NCBI RefSeq assembly: GCF_002113885.1
Contig: NW_018408489.1
Span: 215,800-279,799, forward strand
Origin: Mizuhopecten yessoensis
Lineage: Eukaryota
Reading direction: 5' to 3'
DNA length: 64,000 nucleotides
This document shows, piece after piece, positions 36,601-49,890 of the stretch. The notes under the pieces were generated by a model, which made no database searches, had not been told where the DNA came from, and saw nothing but the letters and a program-made list of their open reading frames with translations. The translations under genes were made by a program, and so were the position numbers. Within the stretch, counting starts at the first letter, position 1, and every line of letters begins with the position of its first letter.

Positions 36601-38012
36601 CATGGAGACTAATAAATACTCCAGTGAGTCGGATATTACTAAATCTGTTTGGGAGGAAGAGTTTGTAGAGACTGTAGTACAAACACCTTCAGATAGATTT
36701 ACATCAACACCAAAGAGGGCTCCAGAAAATGATTTAGAGCCATTTATCCTCAGTCAAGATATCATATCGTTTCCTAAGCGTAAAGGTGTGGGTAGTAGGG
36801 AGGTAGTTACCTTAGAATCGCCACCCAGCTCAGAAACAGAGGAAGATGAAAATACAGAGGATGAAATAAAAAGGGTGGTAGTAAGAAGAAGGTTAAGACA
36901 GTCTGCTGTACATTTTACCCCTAAAACTATGAAAGTTAAGACAGGAAAAAGGGGAGGATGTTAAACCCGCGATTAAACAGAAAGTTTATAGTACTGAGAG
37001 GGAAAGGTCAGAACAGTATGAGGGGGATACTGAGGATAATGAACCACATTTGGTTAGACATAAAAATAGGAGACAGGTCAGACGTAAGGTGTCGGGGGCA
37101 GCACCTGCCTCACACACCATCCCACAAATTTCAAGTATCAATGATAGCCACAGGGAGTTAGATGGACAGATTACTGACACTCCTCAGAGCATAAACGTTC
37201 TATCTAATCAAAATTTGTCAGGATTGAGGGTGCATAGAAGAGAAAAACATCCAGATACATTTAACGGTACTAGCAGTGACTGGCAAGACTATCTTGTTCA
37301 CTTTAAACAGGTAGCTGCCTGGAATGCTTGGACGGACACAGAAAAATCCCAACAATTAAGTATGAGTTTAAGGGACACAGCCCAAAAGCTGTTAAGCAAT
37401 CTAACGGTAGGGCAGTTATCTGATTATAACTCAATTAGACAATGTCTCACTTAGAGATTCAATTCTAAGGAAATGAGTGTGGCACATAGGTGTACAATGA
37501 GGGAACAAAAGCAGAGTAAAGGCGAGTCAGCTCCAGACTTTGGGTATTCTCTACGAAGAACATCATTACTAGCTTACCCAGGTTTACCCTGTCATTACCT
37601 AGAGTGTCAAGTAACAGATCAGTTCATAAACGGTCTAAATAACTTTGAGATGAAAAAGAAGGTAGCATTTAGCCATCCTTAAACACCAGAAGAGGCTATT
37701 TCCTCCGCTGTAGAGTACGAGGCTGTAGCAGGGAGTAGTCCACAGAAACACGTGGAAACCTCTGAAAAAGTCTGTTCCATAACCCAATCTGATAGCTAAG
37801 GGAGTCAGATATTAACAATAGAGCAAATAAGTAAGCTACTGGACAACAAGTTAGCGGAACCTAGAAAAGGAAGGAAAGATAGTAAAAACAGGACTTCAGA
37901 CAAAAAGGGGGCTTGTTTGTTTTTTAAAGAAGAGGATCATTATATGAGGGAATGTACCAGACTTAATAATTTAAGGGACTTAGAAGAAAAACTAAGTAGG
38001 TCAGAAAACTAA
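36601..38012 (+). pseudogene. Gypsy gag, disrupted
   Basis: PDTFNGTSSDWQDYLVHFKQVAAWNAW..LSMSLRDTAQ; QSKGES..DFGYSLRR..LAYP; DQFINGL; decayed zinc knuckle near 37910-37955; frameshift and stops. Confidence 0.8.
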
Positions 38013-38149
38013 AGAAGGCTAGGGTTGTGGCCGAGATACCAGTCTATCAGGATACAATACACACAATATGTATATCTAGGCCTAAAACAGAGTTAAACAA
38101 AGGGGAGAAAACCCAGTTTCGACTAAGTTCACATAATGTATCTTCAGGC

Positions 38150-38500
38150 ATAGGTTATCTGTATACAGATGTGCAGGTGCACAATGTAACGTGTAGGATG
38201 CTGGTAGATACTGGGTCTCCTGTTTCTGTTCTCTCCTATAGGGAGTTTGTAAAATTGGGATTAGACCAACAGTCGCTACAGGGATTTGGACCAAATCTCA
38301 TAACAGCAAATGGAAACCAACTTGATGTTAAGGGATATATTCCTTAAGTTTTTGAAATGGGACCATATAAGTTTGAACAAACCTTTGTAGTGTCAGCTGT
38401 AGATAACCTATCAGGTTTACTAGGGATTGATTTCTTAGTGAAATATGAGAGTGAAATTCAGCTTCAAAACGAAATCTTAGTAACCTCTCAGAAAAAAGTT
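38150..38500 (+). pseudogene. Gypsy aspartic protease
   Basis: MLVDTGSPVSVLS, ITANGNQL, GLLGIDFL; one stop; no RT, RNase H or integrase follows. Confidence 0.8.
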
Positions 38501-38919
38501 CAGTTAAGCAGAAAGATACATAACAGTCAGTGTTAAGGTAATACTCTCTGTTATTGACATAGCACCATCAGGAGGTGTTTGTACAGATCCAGATGCGGTA
38601 ATTAGTACTGTGGATACGGTAACTAATGTTGAGAGTTTGAAATACACAGAGTTAGGTGAGCATCCTGAAAATAAACTCCCAAACAACTTTAAAATTCAAA
38701 TAGACTATAGTCAAAGTTTTGAGGGAGAACATGACTTGAAGGATGTCTCGTTATTGGAAAAAAATTCACGTGAGGATACTAGCCTAATTACGATAAAACA
38801 CCACCATGCTACGCTCATCCAACTAATGATAGTCATGCTTTTGACAGGACTGATAGCGATGACTATAATTGGTACCGTTATGTCTGATCCGTTACGCTAC
38901 AAAATACTAGTAGATGTGC

Positions 38920-39156
38920 TTGTGTTCGACACTGATGTTGATACTAGATAGGAAGGGACATTGTCAGACAGATAGAGTAGCTATAGGTAGACCCAGGGTT
39001 TGGTATCCTCCGTAACTATACAGGTGGTACGGGTATGTTTGTGTTCGACACTGATGTTGATACTAGATAGGAAGGGACATTGTCAGACAGATAGAGTATC
39101 TAAAGGTAGACCCAGGGTTTGGTATCCTCAGTAACTATACAGGTGGTACGGGTATG
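38920..39156. repeat. Tandem duplication of about 119 bp
   Basis: ttgtgttcgacactgatgttgatactagatagg..caggtggtacgggtatg occurs twice. Confidence 0.85.
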
Positions 39157-39599
39157 CTATGTAGACCTCCTCATGACAGGTTGACTGGGAAGTTACATGA
39201 AGTGTAAAATTAGTTGTACATAGGTAGTTGATTTTTAAAACTAACTAGTGGGAGACTTTACAATAAATAAGTACGAACGTAGAGTGTCTAGATTTTAGTT
39301 TAGATAAAATACAGGACATGGGTGGGGGTACTGAAAACAGTGAGAACGACAGTTACCAGTCGTCAGGACTGAATTCTCCGAGATAGCAACGTTGACTGTG
39401 ACCAGTCGATTCTATCTACATCCGCTAGATAGACAGCAGAATACATAGAAACTAGATTATGATGGTTATTCAATATCATGGAAGTGATCTTCTAAGGACT
39501 ATTAGTACAGTTATGTGTTAGTCTAAGGGAGATAACCTACTTCATAATTACTATCGGTTTTATGTTTGTAAAGAAACCGGATTCAACAGTTTAAAGGGG

Positions 39600-40760
39600 T
39601 TCGACGATTTACAGGAACGGGCAGGAACGGGCAGGAACGCGCAAAAACGGGCAGAAACGTGCAGGAACGGGCAGGAACGGGCAGAAATCTATTAATTATT
39701 ATATACATTAATGAATATAAAAAATAGAACAAAAGACAGAGATAGCGTCTCATTAATGAATATATATACTAGATACATTTAAGTATCATTATCGGGTATA
39801 AGATATATTTGATAAAAGGATTGCAATTACAAGATCGGGGCAGGTTCGGACTTATTTATATATATTTATTGTATATATTTAATTATCCTTATCGGGTATA
39901 AGGTATATTTGATAAAAAAAAGTATATGCAATTACATGATCGGGGCAGAATCGGACTAAATTGTATATATATATATATATTTATATTATTATATTGTTTT
40001 ATCGGGTATAAGATATATATATTAGATATGTTTAAGTATCATTATCGGGTATAAGATATATTTGATAAAAGGATTGCAATTTCATGATCGGGGCAGAATC
40101 GGACTAAATTATATAAATACATTTATGTCGATATTACTTATGATACCTACATTTGTAGTATCATATATTTTGTATCGGGTATAAGATATATTTGATAAAA
40201 GAATTGCAAGGAATTAGGAGTATTGAATTGATATGGATCGGGCAGGAACGGGCGACAATTTACAGGAACGGACAGAAACGGGCGACGATTTACAGGAACG
40301 GACAGAAACGGGGCAGGATCGGACTTATTTATATATATTTATTGTATATATTTGATTATCCTTATCGGGTATAAGGTATATTTGATAAAAGGATTGCAAT
40401 TACATGATCGAGGCAGAATCGGACTAAATTATATATATACATTTATGTCGATATTATACTTATGATACCTACATTTATAGTATCATATATTTGTTATCGG
40501 GTATAAGATATATTCGATAAAAGACTTGCAAGGAATTAAGAGTATTGTATTGATATGGATCGGACAGGAACGGGCGACACTTTACAGGAACGGACAGAAA
40601 CGGGCGACGATTTACAGGAACGGACAGAAACGGGGCAGGATCGGACTTATTTATATTTATATAGTCATTGTATATATTTAATGTATCCTTATCGGGTATA
40701 AGGTATATTTGATAAAAAAAAATGCAATTACATGATCGGGGCAGAATCGCACTAAACTAT
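39600..40760. repeat. Complex tandem repeat (caggaacggg and atcgggtataagatatatttgataaaa modules)
   Basis: Modules recur, with a period of about 300 bp in 40040-40750. Confidence 0.85.
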
Positions 40761-41100
40761 ATATATATATATATACATACATACAAATGTACATACATAC
40801 ACAGTATAGATACCTAGTATACCTAACGTAAATACATCAACATGGTAACGGAGGATCACTGGTGTTAGGTAGCTGTAAGTACAATGAATCAGAATAGCAC
40901 GTTTTTGTTTAAAATCATATTTCATAGCTATGAAAGTCATTTTATAACTGATAGCAAAACAAACACTGCATGGAGATAATATACGACTGTAGTATAAATG
41001 GAAACTGTACTGTAGCGATGTACACTAAAGTCCGTGTGTACTGCAGACCAGAAGGGCCTACTCGCTACATTGATATAACAATTTCATGTCATAGTCATTA

Positions 41101-41830
41101 GTCAAGTGTGCATATCATGGCCGAATGCAGTGAGGTCTCGTTCTCGTTCTCGTTCTCGTTTTATTAGATGGACGCGCTCATTACGATCTTTAACCAATAT
41201 TTTTCCGTTGGTAGTTCAGGTCTGAGAGGCATAGCCATTTTTTTACAGCCTGTCGAGCGAGATAGGCGAGTTGGCTGCGGAGCTGTGTAAGATCTTCATT
41301 TACAGATATATGTTTAAAGTTCATTTTTTCTAAAGTTTTTGGCAGATTTCAGCAGGAGGAATTTGGTGTCAACCGAGCGAAGACGCGTGATGATTTGACG
41401 TGGCTGGGATTGGTTGGGACGAGGTTTCCCTACACGATGAGAACTTTCAACGTCGTCCGGACCCAGATTTATCCCACATGCGGCAGTAGCCTGAAGCACG
41501 GTATCAGTAATGTTTTCTCGATCCTTTTCAGGGAAACCTGGAAATCTTACTAATGACCGCCGGCCATATTGCTCAACCTCGTCAATTTGGTGTCTGAGTT
41601 TTTCATTTTCAGATTCGAGGGAATTCACACGATCAGTCAAAGGAGCAATATGATTTTGGTCGATAACGTTTATGTCTTCCATCATCAAGCTGCGCACAGC
41701 TTTGGCAATACGGTCTATATCAGAGTCGGGTATACTATTGCTCATGGGACTAGGCTGTATACATTGCTGAGGTACAATCCTCTGTGACGACAGTGCGTTC
41801 ATCAGCAGTTGCTGCTGAAGCTGGTAAGCG
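41101..41830 (-). pseudogene. LINE ORF1-like protein (coiled coil + RRM + CTD, L1/Transposase_22 type)
   Basis: EVEQYGRRSLVRFPGFPE, SHRVGK, RQIITRL, then after a frameshift VNEDLT..T*TTNGKILVK. Confidence 0.75.
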
Positions 41831-41865
41831 ATAATGATACTTAAACATATCTAATATAAATATAT

Positions 41866-42023
41866 NNNNNNNNNNNNNNNNNNNNNNNNNNNNNNNNNNN
41901 NNNNNNNNNNNNNNNNNNNNNNNNNNNNNNNNNNNNNNNNNNNNNNNNNNNNNNNNNNNNNNNNNNNNNNNNNNNNNNNNNNNNNNNNNNNNNNNNNNNN
42001 NNNNNNNNNNNNNNNNNNNNNNN
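41866..42023. other. Assembly gap (N run)
   Basis: Run of n. Confidence 1.
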
Positions 42024-42892
42024 AACTGGCCCCTGTCTCAAGGGTGATCTGCGAAACATTTCGATTTCATTTTCATTTTACATATGCCCTGCCGCGACAC
42101 TGCTCTGAACATTTATTGCTATTGCCCATCCATGCATTTCGGGTCACTTGGCTTCATTTTCTGTCAACGCTCCTTTAAGTTTGCAATAGTACCGACTAGC
42201 TAATGGGTGTTAGTCATGTCTTGTTTCGCGAATCTCGTTTGGAGTATAAATTAAATCTCTTGAAACGTCTTTTCTTTTGTGTGAATCTATATCTTTTTAA
42301 ACTTTATTATATTGAGGTAAACATCACTTTATTATTATACTGCGATATATGTCCTTATTCTAGATGTATGTACGGATGTATGTATATATTCTCCTAGCGT
42401 TCTCCTCCATTATCTTATGCCAAGTACATGTTTCTATCCTCCTGGTCCATCTATTGTTCATCATGTTCTCCAACCTTTTGACTACTTTACTTTTCATTTT
42501 TAGCACGACCCCTTCCCTTCACAACGTTCACCCTATTATAAATAGACGTTTCCTCAAATACTACACTGCATTATACTTTCCTACTCAAAACTCTGTTCGT
42601 CTTAGTACGAAATGGTTCACTATGCATCCTATCCGCATGCGATTTCTCATGTTTCTCCAAAGATTATCCTTTGTAACTTAAATGCCGATCTGCCCTAATT
42701 TGTATTGTATCCGGAGTAGGCCTTTTTTACAATCGTTGTTATTCTGTATTTTGTAACTATACATGTATGTGTGGAGCTATGCTTATTTGTGCTATTTATA
42801 CTATATGTATTACCGCTATTGGTGAATGTCCTTCTTACTCCAATTAAGTTACAAACACTTTTTACTGATATGAATGTACCTAATGAAGTTAA

Positions 42893-45262
42893 AGGGGCAT
42901 CACGGTGAAGTAACTTTATTTTTTGTCCTTTCTTCAAATATTACATAAACATATGAAGTGAGACTCCTTATGGAGCATAACGATCGGATTTGGCTGAAAT
43001 AGATTCATAAAAATGATTAAATCTAAGATAATCATCGGTATTTCTACCTGTCTGACCAACGTTTTGTTCAGGGATTTCCCTCTACTAGCGCATGCGCATA
43101 GCACACCATTTCTTTGTAAACAAAATGACTGGCCGTGTGAAGTAAGCGAAAGAAAAGTGTTGTACCGTGTCAGCTACGAAACGAAAAGTTGCCAAATGGT
43201 CAAAAGATAGCGCAAGGAGTACGTTAAGGTATCGTTATTGCAGGTGGGCAGTATTCAAAGGAGAAAATAACTGCCGTAGCGGTTAGCCGGTTAAGCTGAA
43301 ATGGAATCGACAGAAATGCTAGGGCTGTTTATGTTATGAATACATATCTAAACCTATTAAGCTCGCTAGTATCTTTGTCTGAGTTTGAACGCAGATGAAC
43401 TTAGTTTAATATGTTAATGGGCATGTATTGGAGAGAGTTTAATTTGCGTTTCTATAATTATACAGTGGTTTATGCGAAAGGAAGGGATAAGTGACTGGTT
43501 AGTTTGATTTTTGCCATGAGGCCCTCCAAGGGATAACTGTTGTGATGGCCAACGGCGTATTTTATGGGTCACCGAGATACGTGTTATCCAAGTCCGTGGA
43601 TTTACAAAATTTATAAAATTACCGGGTTCAATAAAATGGTATGATTCAATTATATTGCTGAATTAAACGATTATTTTTGTTTTTACATGCAAGATTTAAA
43701 TTAGTACTAATATGAATAACCGGCCTCCCTTGCCGGTTAAGCTGAAATGGAATCGACAGAAATGCTAGGGCTGTTTATGTTATGAATACATATCTAAACC
43801 TATTAAGCTCGCTAGTATCTTTGTCTGAGTTTGAACGCAGATGAACTTAGTTTAATATGTTAATGGGCATGTATTGTAGAGAGTTTAATTTGTGTTTCTA
43901 TAATTATACCGTGGTTTATGCGAAAGGAAGGGATAAGTGACTGGTTAGTTTGATTTTTGCCATGAGGCCCTCCAAGGGATAACTGTTGTGATGGCCCACG
44001 GCTTATTTTATGGGTCACCGAGATACGTGTTATCCAAGTCCGTGGATTTACAAAATTTATAATATTACCGGGTTCAATAAAATGGTATGATTTAATTATA
44101 TTGCTGAATTAAACGATTATTTTTGTTTTTACATGCAAGATTTAAATTAGTACTAATATGAATAACCGGCCTCCCTTGCCGGTTAAGCTGAAATGGAATC
44201 GACAGAAATGCTAGGGCTGTTTATGTTATGAATACATATCTAAACCTATTAAGCTCGCTAGTATCTTTGTCTGAGTTTGAACGCAGATGAACTTAGTTTA
44301 ATATGTTAATGGGCATGTATTGTAGAGAGTTTAATTTGTGTTTCTATAATTATACCGTGGTTTATGCGAAAGGAAGGGATAAGTGACTGGTTAGTTTGAT
44401 TTTTGCCATGAGGCCCTCCAAGGGATAACTGTTGTGATGGCCCACGGCGTATTTTATGGGTCACCGAGATACGTGTTATCCAAGTCCGTGGATTTACAAA
44501 ATTTATAATATTACCGGGTTCAATAAAATGGTATGATTGAATTATATTGCTGAATTAAACGATTATTTTTGTTTTTACATGCAAGATTTAAATTAGTACT
44601 AATATGAATAACCGGCCTCCCTTGCCGCGGCAATATATAAAAAAAATCAGAAAGGTTTGTCCCTTTGTGTAGGGAAGGTGTTTGGCCCCGTACCATCTGT
44701 ACCGGCCACATTCCGGTACTAAATTCAATATATATTTAAATATATCCACTTTATGTTTATGCCTATTATCATTGTTGACATTTAATTGTAAATGGATGAC
44801 GGGAGAAGGCTGTGATAAATTGTAAAAACGTGTGCCCCATCCCTTGTTTAACTTTATTGGCAACAAATTTATGTTTAAAAGCTATATACATTTAAATTAT
44901 GAACATTGGCGAGTGTGCAATTTACTTCTAATGATGAATAATTACTGTTCAATAAGTTTGAATACGGACTCAGAAATCATATAACTTGGTTTCATAGTGC
45001 GGTAAGAAGTTGCAGTTGCCTGACGGCCCCTCTCTTGGGGCCCCTTTGAAAACCGTTTCATCTCGCTCGCATCTCTTGTGTACTATACTTAGTAAGGTGA
45101 CGTTATCGGCGCTATTTTTAGCAGGGCTTTCCCGAACAATTCAAGTGGTCAAACTGGACATTTGGAACGGACTATGAATATGGGGATAGCGAGGTAACAT
45201 AAGTGGAAGTGCATACAATGCATACATTCATTAAAAAAAACGCCTTTTCACGTGATGTCCCT
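42893..45262. mobile_element. Kolobok-type non-autonomous element inserted in the 5' part of a LINE ORF2
   Basis: TTAA TSDs at 42889-42892 and 45263-45266; TIRs AGGGGCATCACG / CGTGATGTCCCT. Confidence 0.75.
43286..44627. repeat. Three near-identical 446-bp tandem copies
   Basis: Unit starts at 43286, 43732, 44178. Confidence 0.95.
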
Positions 45263-45266
45263 TTAA

Positions 45267-46630
45267 GAGTGTTGTATCTCTCTCTACCAAGCTATGTATC
45301 ACTTTGTTAATAATTAGATTTTTGCTCCTTCTCTCTGGTGATGTTGACAGTAACCCTGGGCCAAATGAGTCTGAATCAGATCTATCCTCGGTTTCATCAT
45401 GTTCTTCTTATTTTTCAACTTTATTTAATGACGCCAACTATTCTTTTGTGCACCTGAATGTCCAAAGTTTGAAACAAAAACTTGATATCCTTTTTAGTGG
45501 ACTACATAATATAACTATCCTGTCCTTTACCGAAACGTGGCTTAGTCCTGACGAGATAACTTCTGATTTTAACTTTCCTGGTTTTGCACCCCCTTATTGT
45601 TACTGCAGACCCAATAGGCAAGGAGGAGGAGTGGCAGTATATGTAAGCAATGAAATTTCCTCTAAACGTCGACCCGACCTAGAGTTACCCTCAGTCGAGT
45701 GTGTATGGTTGCAGCTAAATATTTCTGGAAGGTCCATTTTATATGGGACTATCTACAGGCCCCCCGATGCAACAGTTTCTTCCTGGGATCACATTGCCAA
45801 TTCTATAGATCTTGCATTCAGTACCGGAATCTCTAATATAACTGTAACTGGTGACTTCAATGCAAATTTACTAAGTGACACTAATCACTGTCTACACCTA
45901 CGTAATTTACTATATACTGTAAATCTTACACAAAGCGTTGTCAGTCCTACTTTCTTCACTGAATCGTTTTCCTCCCTTTTAGATATAATTTGCGCAAGTG
46001 ATCCTTCTTTAGTAAACATGTGTCATGCCGGTGAACATTTCCTCGATCAGCCTATTAGAATTCATTGTCCCGTGTATGGCACTCTTAACATTTCAAAACC
46101 CCTAAAATCCAGTTTTAAACGTAAGGTATGGCTATATGACCTCGGCAACTTCGACGAATATCGTGACAGACTTTCTAAAGTTGACTGGGACAGCACTTTC
46201 GACATTAATAACATAGACAAAAGTACAGAGCAATTTACACGTTATTTACTTACAATTGCAAATGAGTGCATACCTAATAAAGATATAATTGTAAGAGCGA
46301 ATGATGCTGCTTGGATGAATAGTGCAATTAGAAAATTGATTCGTAAACGTAAGTATATACACCGCAAAGCCAAACAGTCACAGAATACTGACGACCGGTC
46401 GAATTTTAGGAAAGCTCGTAACATGTGTATAAATGTCATTCGTAAATCCAAACGTGATTATTTTAACAAATTATGTACGAAGCTTAACCATACTTATACC
46501 AGTAGCAAAGAATGGTGGAAGATTGTTAATTGTCTTATGTCTAACTCAAGCAAAAAAAAACAAAACATATTCCTCCTATTTCCGATAACGGTAACTTTAT
46601 ACACGACGACTTAGACAAAGCCATTGCATT
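45267..46630 (+). pseudogene. CR1-group LINE ORF2, 5' part (2A-like motif + APE endonuclease); RT absent
   Basis: LLLLSGDVDSNPGP, HLNVQSL, FTETWL, YRPP, GDFNA, HCPV, WWKIV; probable leader at 42203-42892 on the other side of the Kolobok insert. Confidence 0.85.
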
Positions 46631-48584
46631 TTTTGGGAAAATCCTCTATTTGCCAATTCTATTCAAAACTTATCTCCGTTTTCATCGTCATTGCATCCGA
46701 AAATTTTTGCCACAATATTTTCACCTGTTAACCCTCTGCAACAAGGGCATATTTATCATGACAGCGAACAATACTACGCTATAGACTATATAAGGTAATT
46801 ACGTGAGAAGGAGCGAATAAGGGTTTTATCTGTGAAGGGCGAACATTTTATTGGCGAAAGTTTTCCGTGTACAGTCGTGATGTAAAGTTTACCGTTACCA
46901 GTACGAAAGTATATTATATACTGGGAAAAATAAGCCCAGTGAAATATTCACCCTTTGTCGATAAAATCTTAAGTCCATGTGTGCCTAGTGTTAAAATCGC
47001 CCTTCAGTCGGAATTGCGATATATTGTATGTTATCAAGTAGAGGAGAAATCTCATTTAAAGCAATACAGCAACTAACCCCCTTTCTCGGACTTGGGGGCT
47101 GGGCCACGAAGGGGCAAGTTTGTCATATTGCTTCAAAGCCTACTCCGAAGGAACTAAGAGATGGACATCAACCATATTTGGTTGTAAGCATTCGCAAAAG
47201 ATGGGGATTCAAAATAGTACAAATGTAGGGACTGACCACCCTCGGGAGGGGGGCAATCGGAACAACTCCGCATTCATTTGTGCTCGACCCCCTGTTTTTT
47301 AAGCCCAACAATGTCTTCAGTAGATGTCACCAATCATTACTAGCTGTGAAATAGTTAAAGAAAGAACAGAAGACGTTTTATGATGACACAAGTGCAAATA
47401 TTACCGAAAATGAAACGGTGTAAAAAGTTAAATGACGACTCATCAGATACCTTCAGCGAAGTCATTTTCGCTCAGTCATTAAAGTGATCGATAAATAAAC
47501 TGAAATAAAGTCTAATGTCTAAGTAAATTTTCTCATCACCTTGACTAGCCCTCCTTAACTTGATAAATTTGACTGTTATTTGTGCCTGCTCTGGTTCGTT
47601 GTATCGGGATAGCAGTGTGTAGTTTCTGGACCACAAAATGGAAACGGTTGAGATTCCATCCTATAACCATTGGTACATTTGCTTTGCACGGAATAGAGAT
47701 ATGCAAACAGGACTGACCTCAGGTTCCGCCCCCGCTCACTGGGTCTCGGATCAAGGAGTCATAGAATGGAAATGGTTTAGAACCCCATCCCATGACCCTT
47801 TTTGCCTTTGCTGAGCATGCAGCTTTGGATACAAATATGCATGTACTACCAGAATTGGCCTCTTTGACTTGCCCTATCGATGGGATCTCATTTATTTACT
47901 ACTTTTGATAAGAACATTTTTGCAGATTGGCCTCACTGCTGGTAACTTTGTCTGAGGGTCACGATTTTTCCTTCCATAACTGGTGTAGGTTTTATCACTT
48001 AGTATTTTTGGGGTAATTTGTAGGTGTTAAATAGCATCAGCAGGTAGCATCACACTTAGCATGTTATGGGAGAAAAAGAATATCAAATTTGTGATGATAG
48101 ATTATCATGTATGCATTGTTATACTTAGACTTAAATTACAACTATTTCTTGTAGGGTAACGACCTATTCTACGGGACTATCAAAACATTTAACAGAAATG
48201 ATTGTTAGAGGATTGATTTTCTTACCGCAGCATGAACGCAGTTGGTAACGAACACATTCTTCATAAAAAATAATCTTGTTGCCAACTGCGTTCATGCTGC
48301 CATATACAAGTACGCCGTCATGAATATAATTATAATAATTAACAGTCGAAACTGACTACGTTGGGGTTTATTTCTTTTCAATTAAGATCCTTGTACCACT
48401 GCCAAAAATAGAAACTAAGTACTCGAAACTGTTTTCTCCGGTAGGACTATAGCATTGATTAATCATTTCTGAAAAGAAAATATCGTACTTTGCGTGACTT
48501 TTATGAGAAGTAATACAGATGACATGTTCTGAGTGTAAAAATACAGCCTGGCTAGACCGGGGTTCAAACCCTGGACCTCAGATT

Positions 48585-49500
48585 ATACCGGGTCCGAAGG
48601 ACCAAGGTGAGCTTATGCCATACCGTGCCGTCCGTCCGTCGTCCGTCCGTGCATCAACATATTTTTTAAACGACTTCTTGTTAACCACTGATTGGAATTC
48701 AACTTAATTTGACTGATGGTGGGGATTCAAAATTGTACAAATGGTTGGGCTGAGGGGCGGGGCAAAAAGGGGTCAATTTGGCTATATTGCTTTAAGCGAC
48801 TTCTCTTGAACTAAGGGATGGATATCAACCATATTTGACTGGAAGCATCCCTAGGTGGTGGTGATTCAGAATTGTACAAATGGTGGGGCTTACCCCCCAG
48901 GGGGGCTGAGGGCTGGGGCCAAAAGGGGACAATTCGGCTATATTGCTATAAACGACCTCTGTAGATCTATGCCATGGATATTGATCATATTTGGTCGGAA
49001 GCATTCATGGGAGGCAAGGATTCAAATTGTACAAATGGTGGGGCTGAAACAGTTGAGATCCCCACCCTATAACCATAGATACAATTGCTGAGTGTAAAGA
49101 AATGAATGCACATATGCTTCCAGGATGGCCTTGGGGTCTACCCCACCCTTGCAGACTTAATCCTTGGGTCATAACTTTGAAACGGTTGAGATCCCCACCT
49201 TAACACTATAAATACAAATGCTTGGCAAAAAGAGACGAATGCAGTCATGATATTAGAATTGATCCTGGGGTCTGGCCACAACCCTATGGTCCTAGTTTCT
49301 GAGTCACAGCTTGGAAGCAATTGAGATCCCCACCCCATAACCATACATTAAATTGCTGGGCATGACAAACCTAATACAGATATGCTACAAGGATTGGCCT
49401 TGGGGTCTGGCATATTCCATTGGATCTCATTTGGAGAATATTTTGCCATGATTGCTTAGATATCCAGGTGAGCGATACATGCCCTCTTGGCCTCTTGTTT
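48585..49500 (+). mobile_element. Non-autonomous Helentron/HINE-like element inserted in a tRNA-SINE fragment
   Basis: ggtccgaaggacc hairpin, ggtgagct, (gtcc)n microsatellite, internal ~170-bp repeats, end caggtgagcgatac..cctcttgttt. Confidence 0.7.
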
Positions 49501-49890
49501 TACTATCGCTCTAAGCATTTGAGCTACAGTGTACCTGTTCAACGGTGTGCTACTGTTATTTTTAAACGGAACTTAACACGGTCCGTTGGGACGGGGACCC
49601 TTCAGTTCCAATAGTATTTCACATTCGATACAAAAACAATTATGTATGGAACAATTTATTGAGTTTTCCACCAATTATATCGAAAATTTGTGTATTGTTT
49701 GTTATATTGATAATGCTGTCTTGCCGATTTTTCAACTGTTTGTGTGGGATTCAAATTTCAGCCAAATATACCTCATGCAAAAGAAACCCGGAGAACGAGC
49801 TAGGTGTATATGTCGTGATGAAGTTTCCGTTCGCTATTTTGATAGTGATTTCAAGCCAATTTTTCAATTCTTTGTGTTGAATTAAAAAAA

